A DNA stretch of 49,486 nt from Myxococcota bacterium (GTDB lineage: Bacteria > Myxococcota_A > UBA796 > GCA-2862545): contig JBCCQY010000054.1 in the NCBI GenBank assembly GCA_039208735.1, forward strand, positions 1 through 49,486, in the 5' to 3' direction. Numbering within the stretch: position 1 is the first letter of the stretch; each line of letters starts with the position of its first letter. Made by a program: the position numbers and the translations under genes. Positions 18,536-27,313 of the stretch are shown here, piece by piece. Under the pieces are notes generated by a model. The model was not told where the DNA came from and did not search any database. It was given only the letters and a program-made list of their open reading frames with translations.

Positions 18536-19816
18536 CTACGCGACCGGCTCTGACTTCCGACGCTGCGCCCCCGGACCCCGCCCTGTGCCGGGGTGCGCGG
18601 CGTGTGGACCGACCATGGCGAGGTAGGGCGGATGGGTCACCGCACAGGCCGGACGGGGCTTGGGAACCGTGCCGTTGACGGCCGGCAACAGTGGCGATTC
18701 CCCGAGGGGTGGCAAGTCGTGGCCTAGAAGCTGGCGACGAATCGCATGCCCCACCACGTGGGCCAGCGCCGATGGAACGGCATTGCCGAGCTGCCGCTGG
18801 GCGGATCGGTGCGACCCCACTACCGTGTAGTCCGAAGGGAACGTTTGAAGGGCGGCCAGCTCTTGCCGAGACAGGCGCCGGCTGTCCCAGTGGAACGGGC
18901 CGATGGCGGGGCCCGGTTGGGCCGTGATGGTCCAGGATGGACGACGCTTCGAGAGCTTGAGGAGCATCGACCAATACCGGGTTCGCCAGCCGAACAGCGG
19001 GAGGCCACCCCCTCTCTCGGTGTGAAACAGGTAGTTGTGCCCCTCGGGAATGCTGGCGAGCAAAGCAGCCCACTTGCCCGTTGCCTGAAGCTCTTTGGCT
19101 TGGCCATCGACCTCGAGGTGACCGAGCGCATCCCATGCGGTGCGACACGGGGGCAGCGGTTGGCCGGTCAACTCGAGTTGGCTCGCCTTGACCGTACCGT
19201 CGGCGGTGCTCACGGGCGGCGGAACCGTATGGGTGGGAGCTGGAAAGTCGAAGGGTTGCCCTTCGCGATGGCCGACGAGGAACACGCGTTGCCGGAGTTG
19301 AGGCACGCCATAGGCCGCAGCATTGAGTTGAGCTGCGCATACCGTGTAGCGAACTCCGCAATCCCGATTGATGGCTTCGATTTGGTCACGGATGAAGGTG
19401 ATGCCTTCGGCCTTGGCGTTGAAGGCAAGACCGGGCACGTTTTCGAGCAAGAAGACCTCAGGAAGCGCCTCACGCAAGACGGCGAGGTAAGCATCAAGGG
19501 TTCGGGCTCGAGGGTCATCGAGGCGACGCGACTCGCCCCGATGCCAGTAGCCGGACTTCGAAAACGGCTGGCAAGGAGGGCCTCCTGCCAACAGCGTGGC
19601 TTCGCGGGGCTGCAAGCCTGCGACGGCGAGCAACTTGGCGGGCGCTGCGTGAGGCGCATGAATGTCGGTCTCGAGAACCGTCCACCCCGGTCGGTTGGCG
19701 CGCAGCGTACGCACCGCATCGGCGTCGTGTTCGACGGCTACTGCGGTCTCGAATCCCGCCGCCTCGAGGCCGAGGTCGAGACCACCGGCACCGGTGAAGA
19801 GCGAGATGAGTCGCAT
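18536..19816 (-). CDS. dcm: DNA (cytosine-5)-methyltransferase
   Basis: Motif I SLFTGAGGLDLG, IV GGPPCQPFS, VI ENVPG, VIII PQLRQRVFLVG, IX RRLS...LQTFP and X RQLGNAVP. Confidence 0.95.
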   Translation of the reverse strand: MRLISLFTGAGGLDLGLEAAGFETAVAVEHDADAVRTLRANRPGWTVLETDIHAPHAAPAKLLAVAGLQPREATLLAGGPPCQPFSKSGYWHRGESRRLDDPRARTLDAYLAVLREALPEVFLLENVPGLAFNAKAEGITFIRDQIEAINRDCGVRYTVCAAQLNAAAYGVPQLRQRVFLVGHREGQPFDFPAPTHTVPPPVSTADGTVKASQLELTGQPLPPCRTAWDALGHLEVDGQAKELQATGKWAALLASIPEGHNYLFHTERGGGLPLFGWRTRYWSMLLKLSKRRPSWTITAQPGPAIGPFHWDSRRLSRQELAALQTFPSDYTVVGSHRSAQRQLGNAVPSALAHVVGHAIRRQLLGHDLPPLGESPLLPAVNGTVPKPRPACAVTHPPYLAMVGPHAAHPGTGRGPGAQRRKSEPVA

Positions 19817-19882
19817 GGATGAACCTCTGGATGCGCGATGGGGCGCATCGTAGCGTTTGGGAAGGCCAAAATTCGTCCGCCC

Positions 19883-21331
19883 TCAGACCGGCGCTCGACC
19901 GAGCCACGTCCAATAGCGTTCCGCGAGCCAGGCGAACAAGGGGGTGTCGTCGCGATGCACCTCGTCGCCGACGAAACGGATGCGCTGCTCCGCTCGGTCT
20001 CCGGCCGTCACCAAGAAGCATCCGGGCCCCATTCGCAGCAACGACGTCAGCGCCGCGGGCGGGGCAAGAGGGAGGGCGGTGTCTGCCGCTCGTTCGACGC
20101 GTGGCGGGCCGTCGGGATGCAAGAGGGCGCGGATGGCGATCTCATCTTGCGAGGGGCCGTCGATGGGCCAGCCCGCATGACCGTCGAAGGCCCACCCCGC
20201 ATACGACAACCAGGGGCCCTTTGGGATGCCTCGGCTGATCTCGGTGAGGAACCACGCCAACCCATCGGGGATGCGGACGTTCAATGCCTGCTCGAAGCGG
20301 CTCACGTCCTCGCGGCTCATCGGCCCCGGGTGCCGCCACAGATCTGCGCTGAGGGCCCGATCGTGCACGTCCACGAGGGTCTGCCGCGGATGGTCTGCCT
20401 CGAGCTTTCGTTCCAAGAGGAGCCAAGGACCCAGGAGCGCATCGCGGAGGTCGGCCTGGCGTGCCGCCTGTCCCGGATCTTGGAAGGCCAAGACGTAGCC
20501 TGAACCCTGGGAAGAAACGGCTCCGAGTAGCCCGGTCATCGCCTCGTCGAAGTCCGCGGGCAGATCGAGCGGATGGCCGAGTTGGCGCACGGGCTGGGTG
20601 GCCGTGTCGTAGCGTTGCCCGAACACGGCTCGATCGACAAAGGGCCCCGCTCCGCCCCGTTTGGCGTGCAATCTAAGGTGCGGGACGCCTTCGCCCCCCG
20701 CGTGGCCAATGAGCCAGCGTACGCCATCTGCAAGCGGGCGATGCCCGGCGTCTTCCAGTGCATCGGCTGCCACCCGCGCACCATCCCCCCCCCCGAGCGC
20801 CAATCCCAGCGGGTCGGCGACGCCCGAATGGCGGGCCAGAGCAACGCCTACCAACGTGGCGAGGGCGCGCGTGGATCGGCCCGCGATCGTGGGCCAGGCT
20901 TGTTTGGAATCGGCCTCGATGCCTCGAATCAGACTGACCGCTTCGCAGCCCTCTGGCGCTTGGCCCACGAGATGGAGCGCGGGCTTGCTCCACCTCGGCC
21001 CGGCGGGGCAACCCTCGATGAGATCGGCGACATGCTGGTCGTAGTGAGCACGGAGGTCGCGTCGTCGGCAGGGGCCCGCCGGCACCTGGATGCCCACAAA
21101 CACGCGGTCGTCCCGATGCGGTCGCCCTGGTTGGGCCAACACGGCCTTCACCTGCACGGTCTCACCAGCCCATCCGGCGACGACCTCGAGGGAGGAGGCG
21201 GCAAACCCGACGAGCGGTGCGCTTACGCCGTAGACCAGTTGAATCTCGAGGGGCGGGGCCTGCAGGAGTGGCGAATGGGCAAGGTGCTTCACCTCCTGAC
21301 CATAGTCGTGAACGTCGGGTCGCCTCGACAT
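19883..21331 (-). CDS. Hypothetical protein with C-terminal SMI1/KNR4 (SUKH)-like domain
   Basis: The C-terminal GPMSREDVSRFEQALNVRIPDGLAWFLTEISRG resembles the SUKH N-terminal signature. The N-terminal ~330 aa are unrecognised. Confidence 0.55.
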   Translation of the reverse strand: MSRRPDVHDYGQEVKHLAHSPLLQAPPLEIQLVYGVSAPLVGFAASSLEVVAGWAGETVQVKAVLAQPGRPHRDDRVFVGIQVPAGPCRRRDLRAHYDQHVADLIEGCPAGPRWSKPALHLVGQAPEGCEAVSLIRGIEADSKQAWPTIAGRSTRALATLVGVALARHSGVADPLGLALGGGDGARVAADALEDAGHRPLADGVRWLIGHAGGEGVPHLRLHAKRGGAGPFVDRAVFGQRYDTATQPVRQLGHPLDLPADFDEAMTGLLGAVSSQGSGYVLAFQDPGQAARQADLRDALLGPWLLLERKLEADHPRQTLVDVHDRALSADLWRHPGPMSREDVSRFEQALNVRIPDGLAWFLTEISRGIPKGPWLSYAGWAFDGHAGWPIDGPSQDEIAIRALLHPDGPPRVERAADTALPLAPPAALTSLLRMGPGCFLVTAGDRAEQRIRFVGDEVHRDDTPLFAWLAERYWTWLGRAPV

Positions 21332-21360
21332 TACGAGGCTGGCAGTCTGGTGGAGGCGAA

Positions 21361-22179
21361 ATGAATGTGGTGATGACCGGAGGCCACACGGGCCTCGGCC
21401 TCGAGCTGACCCGGCGTCTCATCGCGGAAAACGCGCAGGTCGGGTTGATCGTGCGCTCATCGTCGCGAATGGCCGACGTGCCGGAAGCCGTTCGGTCCGC
21501 TCCAAACCTCACCGTTTTTGAAGCGGATCTGACCTCACGTGAGGCCATCGATGCGGTGGCACAGCAAATCTCAGATGCCTGGCCGCACGTCGATGTGCTG
21601 TTCAACAATGCTGGAGTTTTGCTCGGAGAATTTCGGCAATCGTCAAATGGAAACGAGATGCACCTGGAGGTCAACACCCTCGCGCCCATGCGCCTGACCC
21701 ACAGGCTCAAGCCCCGACTTGATGAAGCGGCCCATCCGATGGTCATCAACACCGTCACGGGGAGCATGCATTCGACGGTGTTCGATCTTTCGGAGGTGAC
21801 GGATGCCTCGAAGTTCCGTCGCTTGTTTGGCGCATACCTGCACTCGAAAGCGGCGCTGATTCAGCTCATGAATGAGCTGGCCCAACGGCCCGAGTGGCAG
21901 AACGTAGCCATTCGGCACGTCAACCCGGGTGCGAACAAGACCTCGATGACCGCCGGTGAAGGCATGCCCTTCTGGCTACGGCCTTTTCGCTGGCTGCTGT
22001 TTAGCGCGCCCACGAAAGGTGCGAACCTGCTGTACGACGCAGCCTTCAGCGACCGCTACCAAGGCAAGACGGGGATCTGGCTTGACGAGGCGAAGGAGCG
22101 AGCGGTTCCCGCCACGCTCTCGGACGACGACCGAGCCGCCCTCTTGGAGCGCCTCGGTCCGCTATCTGTCACGGGTTGA
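21361..22179 (+). CDS. Short-chain dehydrogenase/reductase
   Basis: TGGHTGLG, NNAG, YLHSK and VNPG motifs. RBS GGAGG precedes ATG 21361. Confidence 0.92.
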   Translation: MNVVMTGGHTGLGLELTRRLIAENAQVGLIVRSSSRMADVPEAVRSAPNLTVFEADLTSREAIDAVAQQISDAWPHVDVLFNNAGVLLGEFRQSSNGNEMHLEVNTLAPMRLTHRLKPRLDEAAHPMVINTVTGSMHSTVFDLSEVTDASKFRRLFGAYLHSKAALIQLMNELAQRPEWQNVAIRHVNPGANKTSMTAGEGMPFWLRPFRWLLFSAPTKGANLLYDAAFSDRYQGKTGIWLDEAKERAVPATLSDDDRAALLERLGPLSVTG

Positions 22180-22822
22180 GGGCGAACCAAGCGCCTACGG
22201 CCGCAACCACAAGCACGACTACGACCAACACGGGCATGAGTCCGCCTCCCCCTGATGACGTCGGGGCGGGCAGTTGCTTTTCGGCCGGAGCCGGCGCTTG
22301 AGCCGCGACGGGCTCCGGTGCAGGCGCTGGGGCAGGTTCAGGGGCCGGCGGAGGGGCCGGAGCTTCGGCCACGGGCTCAGGAGCCGGTGCGGGTGCGGGT
22401 TCCGGGGCAGGTTCCGGAGCTGGCGGAGGGGCTGGCGCTTCGGCCACGGGCTCAGGAGCCGGTGCGGGCTCGGGCTCAGGAGCCGGTGCGGGCGCGGGTT
22501 CTGGAGCCGGCGCGGGGGCTGGGGCGACGGGTTCGGAGGGTGAAGCGGCACTGGCAAACGGGTCGTCGAGCGCCGAGGTCGAAGACACCAGGCCACGGGC
22601 GTACAGCGGTGACTCCGAGGGGTCGACCGTCTTTGGCGGAATCCGTGGCGGTTCGGGCGCGTCGAACGCGACCGGGTCGGGGGCTGGCGCAGGCTCCGGG
22701 GCCGGGGGGGCCGCTGGGGCCGCGGGCGGTGCCGGAGGGAGAGGTTCGGGCGTCGGCCGGGGCGGGGGCGGTCCGGAGTCCGGCGAGAACGGGTCGTAGG
22801 CTGGCTTATCTGGATCGGACAT
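22169..22822 (-). CDS. Pro/Ala/Glu-rich low-complexity protein with C-terminal TM anchor
   Basis: APEPAPAP repeats and terminal LMPVLVVVVLVVAAVGAWF helix. RBS GGAG precedes ATG 22822. Confidence 0.7.
   Translation of the reverse strand: MSDPDKPAYDPFSPDSGPPPPRPTPEPLPPAPPAAPAAPPAPEPAPAPDPVAFDAPEPPRIPPKTVDPSESPLYARGLVSSTSALDDPFASAASPSEPVAPAPAPAPEPAPAPAPEPEPAPAPEPVAEAPAPPPAPEPAPEPAPAPAPEPVAEAPAPPPAPEPAPAPAPEPVAAQAPAPAEKQLPAPTSSGGGGLMPVLVVVVLVVAAVGAWFALNP
22362..22492. repeat. Coding tandem repeats (APEPVAEAPAPPPAPEP)
   Basis: 32-bp exact repeat GCTTCGGCCACGGGCTCAGGAGCCGGTGCGGG at 22362 and 22437 (75-bp period), with a partial third copy at 22471. Confidence 0.85.
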
Positions 22823-22931
22823 GTCGACTCCCGTGCGGGTCACGAGCCTACCGTGCGGGAGGTTGCCTGTGAACCACGCTCCTGCGACCGTGGTAGCAAA
22901 CGAGGAGCCCACAGGACTACGACCCCTCTGG

Positions 22932-25031
22932 TCACTTCGATGCATCCCCGTTTCTCGTGGCGCTGCGGTCGTTGCTCGAGGAGGGCGGGGTTGGGCGAGC
23001 GGTCTCTTCCCACACAATGACTTGCAGGTCTACCTGGCGAAGCGGTGCCCCCGTATTTTGCACGCTGACGTGTTCTCCGATGACCAGACGCTGGCGCGAC
23101 TCACCCGACCCCAAGGCCTCGAGCCGCGTTGCATCAATGCCACGGGTCACCAGCGCTTCCACCACCGCATTGGCTCGGTTCTTCGAAAGGCGAAGATTGT
23201 AGGCCGGTGTGCCTGGGGGATCGGCATGGCCGGTCACCCGCAGGAGGAGCACCTCGGTGTGTTCGGTCAGCCATGCCGCAAGCGCGTCGAGGGCGGGACC
23301 ACTGTTGTCATCGAGGTCTGCCGAATCCACGACGAACCCGATCGGATCGATGGGCTCCCCGGGCGTGAGGACCCAAGTGGCCTGGCAGGGCTTGGAAGGA
23401 TCGGCGTGTAGGGTTTGCCAAGCTTCGAGGTGCCCCTCCGCGCGCAGCGGGCCCTCATGGGTGCCGTCGGGCAGCAGGAGCTGGCTGCCTTCCGGTTCGA
23501 TGGTCTGTGATTCGCCCCATTCCCAGGCCGCCGTCAGGGGGGCTCCCGTTTCGGAGATCACGGCAATTCGGCACGAAACCTCCCGGATGGGCCGCAGTCG
23601 CACCTCTACGGTGCGACCTTTGTCAGGTACGAAAACGCTTCGGACAAAGGGGTGATGCCCGGCGGCTCGAACCTCGACGCGGTGTTTCCCTGGCGCGACT
23701 TCAACCCGGCGCGCGATGTCGAGCTGCCACGACCCTTGATCATCGATGCCGATGTAGACTTGCTCGATGCGCTGCTCTGGGTCTCGATTGACCCGAACCA
23801 GCAGCGGGGCCAGCAGGTCGGGACAGCCATCCTCGTCCCGAAACCCGTTTTCGGTTTCGGGGTCGTTGGGACAGGCATCTTGGGCATCCAGAAAGCCGTC
23901 CTGGTCATTGTCGGGCTCGGGGCACCCGTCGCGATCCTGGAAGCGATCCTTGTCTTCAGGCACCTCGTCGCATCGATCGAAGGCGTTGATGATGCGGTCT
24001 CGGTCATCGTCCCGAGAGGGCCTGGCGTAGCGGAAGACGATGCCGACGCGCCACCGTGGAGATCCCAGGCCCGTGGTGAGCCCAATGCCGCCCACCGCAT
24101 CGAGGTGAAGGCGCGGGCTGAGCGTCATGTGGCCCGAGGCCAGCGCTTCGAGGGGCCACGCCCCGCGTGGAGGGCTGAAGAACAACGTCATAGGGGCGCT
24201 CCCAACGAGTTGGGCCCCCACCGCCAGCGAACCCTGAGTCCGGAGCCCAAGTGCACTCTCGATGCGATGGCCCCACGCCACACTCCCGACGGATCGGCCC
24301 AAAAAGAGACCACGAAAGCCCATTCGACCGAGGAAGATCAGGTTGCCAACCGGTTGCTTGGTGACGAGCGAGAATCCGAAGCTTGGCCCGGTGACCCAGG
24401 GGACGCCTTCGTCGAACACTAGCGCCTGAATGATCATCGCGAGCCGCGCGTTGGCTTCGCGAATCAGGAAGAATGTAGGGCGCCCCAATTGGGCGATGGG
24501 AGACCCAGTAGCGAACGCGGCTTGCGCGACCGGCAGGTTGACTCCGACCCTGAACCAGTTGCGTACCTGGAGACTGCCTGCGACTTCGAGGCTGTCGAGG
24601 CTGGTCACGAAGTCTCGAGAACCTTGGTTGGTGCGCTCCCGAACCGGATGGGCAGCGTGGTTGAGTGCGACAGCGCTGCGCAGGCTCCACGGAGGGGCCG
24701 GAGCCGGCTCGATAAAGCCTGGCATGGGACCTCCATCCAGCTGAATCCAGGGCCGGACATCTTGGGCGTGCGCCGGGAGGGCCACAAGCAACAGCAGTCC
24801 CCAAAGGGCTCGCCGGCGCAGCACGAGGACCACCATCATGGCCATCGCCAACGGCCAGGAAGGGAGCGATGCCGTCGTACTACAGGTGTCTCGAGCCGGA
24901 CTGCCTTCGAACCCGAGCACCTCCGCACTGTCCTGTGGAGGAGGCCGGGCCGTACCGGAATCGGAAATGGCTTTGCATTCTGGCGACTGGCCGGTGCAGC
25001 CACCCCCTTGCAGACAGGGTTCGTCTTGCAT
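22932..25031 (-). CDS. OmpA-family protein: MYXO-CTERM-like segment, signal-like segment, beta-barrel-like region, TSP3 Ca-binding repeats, OmpA C-terminal domain
   Basis: TSP3-type repeats DDDRDRI..DRCDEVPEDKDRFQDRDGCPEPDNDQDG and OmpA domain VTGHADPPG...YNLRLSKNRANAV...ALGSGES. RBS GGAGG precedes ATG 25031. Confidence 0.85.
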   Translation of the reverse strand: MQDEPCLQGGGCTGQSPECKAISDSGTARPPPQDSAEVLGFEGSPARDTCSTTASLPSWPLAMAMMVVLVLRRRALWGLLLLVALPAHAQDVRPWIQLDGGPMPGFIEPAPAPPWSLRSAVALNHAAHPVRERTNQGSRDFVTSLDSLEVAGSLQVRNWFRVGVNLPVAQAAFATGSPIAQLGRPTFFLIREANARLAMIIQALVFDEGVPWVTGPSFGFSLVTKQPVGNLIFLGRMGFRGLFLGRSVGSVAWGHRIESALGLRTQGSLAVGAQLVGSAPMTLFFSPPRGAWPLEALASGHMTLSPRLHLDAVGGIGLTTGLGSPRWRVGIVFRYARPSRDDDRDRIINAFDRCDEVPEDKDRFQDRDGCPEPDNDQDGFLDAQDACPNDPETENGFRDEDGCPDLLAPLLVRVNRDPEQRIEQVYIGIDDQGSWQLDIARRVEVAPGKHRVEVRAAGHHPFVRSVFVPDKGRTVEVRLRPIREVSCRIAVISETGAPLTAAWEWGESQTIEPEGSQLLLPDGTHEGPLRAEGHLEAWQTLHADPSKPCQATWVLTPGEPIDPIGFVVDSADLDDNSGPALDALAAWLTEHTEVLLLRVTGHADPPGTPAYNLRLSKNRANAVVEALVTRGIDATRLEALGSGESRQRLVIGEHVSVQNTGAPLRQVDLQVIVWEETARPTPPSSSNDRSATRNGDASK

Positions 25032-25146
25032 CCGCCCTCCGAGGCATTTCGATGTTGTACCGGACCGGTTAGGCCGGTCGCCGAGAAACTCGATGTTCTC
25101 TACAATCGGGGGCTTAGGATTTGCCGTTTGAGGTTGGTGCCCTGAA

Positions 25147-26256
25147 CTAAAATGCCATGACGCTGGCGTGAACGTCGACAATGGCCTGCGTAATCGCGTC
25201 GTTTGGGTCGAGGGAGGCTTCGTTTCGTACCGATGAACCGCCCAAAACGATGCCGTCGGCCCGGGGCGTCATGTAGAAGAAGTCGCCCTGGTCGGTCTCG
25301 ATGCTCGACAGACCGTAGGTGATTTCGGGTTGGGGCACCAGACGCAACAGCTGACCTTGGATGGGAATCACCGAGTCGTCGTCAAACCACTGTCCGCCCG
25401 AGCGTCCGAGGCAATTGACGACCGTGCGTACAGGAAGGTTCAGAATGTGATCGCGGGACTCAAACTCGCGGAGAACGAGTCGCCCCCCGGCGGCGAGGAC
25501 ATCACGGAGCAGCGCATCAAGGTAGATCGCAGGCTCCATACGGAGGGAGGGTCGAAGCCCCACATGCTGATGCGTCACGAAGGGGTGCTCGTGGGCTTCA
25601 AGTCGTTGGACCGGAAGGGAAGGATATAGGCGGGAACTTCGAAACCGACGATCCCACGGCTGCTTGCGCAACACGTAGGTATCGACCCAGGAAACCCCAT
25701 AGTCGCGTCCAACCAGTCGTTGCAGTTCGAGGTAGGCGTCCTGGGCATCGGTGGCGAAGGCTTCGTCGAAGGCTGGGGAGCGCAGCGCGTGGCGCACCAC
25801 GTTCGAGCCGGGCGACCAAGTGGCGAGGGATTGGTGAGAGGTGGTGTAGGGCGACACGGCCTTGGTGTAGATCGTGACGCGAGCCCCGCGTCGTTGGAGC
25901 TGGCGCGCGGTGCACAGCCCCACGACTCCTGCACCGAGCACCGCGATGGACGGTTGGATTTCGCCTTTGGGAACTGCGAGATCTGCGGCTCGGCGGGCGG
26001 TGCCCCAGGCGAGCGACATGCCTGCACCGCCATGACCGTAGTGGTGTACCACCGTGGTGTCGCCAAATTGCTGGGCTTCGACTCGGGGCCCAGCGGGTCG
26101 AAAGGGCCGCAAACCCACCGTGATGTCGATGATGCGGTCACGCGACACGTGGACCCGGGGCAGGGTGGCGCGAGGCGGGGACGGAGGCACGGGATGGGCG
26201 CAGGCCGCGGCCACTGCGGCCCACGATGCGTGTTGGAGCAGGGTTCGGCGGTTCAT
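25147..26256 (-). CDS. D-amino acid oxidase-like FAD-dependent oxidoreductase with Tat (lipo)signal
   Basis: MNRRTLL...AAAC, VGLRPFR, HHYGHGGAGMSLAWG, VLGAGVVG, VVNCLG and PIQGQL motifs. Confidence 0.88.
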   Translation of the reverse strand: MNRRTLLQHASWAAVAAACAHPVPPSPPRATLPRVHVSRDRIIDITVGLRPFRPAGPRVEAQQFGDTTVVHHYGHGGAGMSLAWGTARRAADLAVPKGEIQPSIAVLGAGVVGLCTARQLQRRGARVTIYTKAVSPYTTSHQSLATWSPGSNVVRHALRSPAFDEAFATDAQDAYLELQRLVGRDYGVSWVDTYVLRKQPWDRRFRSSRLYPSLPVQRLEAHEHPFVTHQHVGLRPSLRMEPAIYLDALLRDVLAAGGRLVLREFESRDHILNLPVRTVVNCLGRSGGQWFDDDSVIPIQGQLLRLVPQPEITYGLSSIETDQGDFFYMTPRADGIVLGGSSVRNEASLDPNDAITQAIVDVHASVMAF

Positions 26257-26364
26257 GCGGGACTCTCAGGTGACGGGAACGACGTCCTACTTCGCGCGGA
26301 ACGTTCATGGTAGGCGCTGGGGGTTGGCTTGATCTCGGGGTAAATAGGCGCACCAGGAGGTCGG

Positions 26365-26742
26365 ATGCCCAAGGTGGTTTGCAATGGCGCCAAATTGAAG
26401 TGCTCGTTTGGCGCATCTCCGGGTTCACTCACCGTGACGGAAAACCAGACCGTCAACGTGGGCACACAGAAAGTGGCCACCATTCGCGACCACAAGCCGA
26501 ACGTCAACATCTCCGATTTCGGCATGTGCAGCTCGGCGGCCAACCCCGCGGTCATCGCCGCGCAAGGTTCGCCGGTTAAGTGCGTGCCGCCGCTGTTTCT
26601 GACCTGGCTTTCGCAGGCCGCCACCGTCAATACCGACGGGAAGGGTAAGCTCCCGCTCGATGAAGCTTCGTGCACGTTCTGCGTCTACCTTGGCATGGTC
26701 ACCATCACCGACACCAACTCGGATGAGGTGAATGTGCCCTGA
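26365..26742 (+). CDS. DUF4280 PAAR-like spike-tip protein
   Basis: VCNGAKLKCSFG, ATIRDHKPNVNI..FGMCSS.ANP.V, KCVP...W and C.YLGMVTI motifs. RBS AGGAGG. Confidence 0.88.
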   Translation: MPKVVCNGAKLKCSFGASPGSLTVTENQTVNVGTQKVATIRDHKPNVNISDFGMCSSAANPAVIAAQGSPVKCVPPLFLTWLSQAATVNTDGKGKLPLDEASCTFCVYLGMVTITDTNSDEVNVP

Positions 26743-26807
26743 CTGCACCCCGTGCGTTACCCGGCCGCCCCTTCGCCCGCGCATTAAGCGTGTCGCTGGA
26801 GGCGTTT

Positions 26808-27305
26808 GTGAGGCACGGATTAGCGGTTTCCGCCGCACTTCTGGTCTTCGTCACCACGCTGGCTTGCGTGGGGTTCGACCAAGAAGCGACCCGGTGGGAT
26901 GAGGTTGCAGAGCAGATCGAGGCGCAGCCTGCGGTGGCTCCCATCGGGGCCATCGTTGAAGGCAAGGCGTTCAATGCCATGATGCCAACGGACGGTACCG
27001 AGGGCCATCGCCGCGTGTTCACGCAAGAGAAGGAGGGCTACGCTGAAGCCGAGTACACAAAGGGGTCGGACACCGTCACGGTGAGCATCTCCGACACTCG
27101 CGACAACCCTGCGGCTCGCGCAAAGTTTGCGAACGCCACGGACAACGTCGAAGGGCATCCCGCGATGGCACGTGGCAAGAACAGCACCTTGTTGCTTGTC
27201 CAGGACCGTTTTCAGGTGCGTGTCTCCGCCCCTCATCTTGATCATGCGGCTCGGCTGGCCTGGCTTCAGGCCGTACCGGTCGGCAAACTTGCCCAATTGC
27301 ACTGA
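26808..27305 (+). CDS. Conserved hypothetical lipoprotein
   Basis: Lipobox TLAC, with G.AFN..MP, RVFTQEKEGYAEA, SISDT..NPAA.AKF and RFQVRV motifs. RBS GGAGG precedes GTG 26808. Confidence 0.8.
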   Translation: MRHGLAVSAALLVFVTTLACVGFDQEATRWDEVAEQIEAQPAVAPIGAIVEGKAFNAMMPTDGTEGHRRVFTQEKEGYAEAEYTKGSDTVTVSISDTRDNPAARAKFANATDNVEGHPAMARGKNSTLLLVQDRFQVRVSAPHLDHAARLAWLQAVPVGKLAQLH

Positions 27306-27313
27306 GGTCGGTC

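Noticed and set aside
18746..19822. 358-aa plus-strand ORF considered as a possible REase
   Set aside because: Entirely antisense to dcm, with no nuclease motif.
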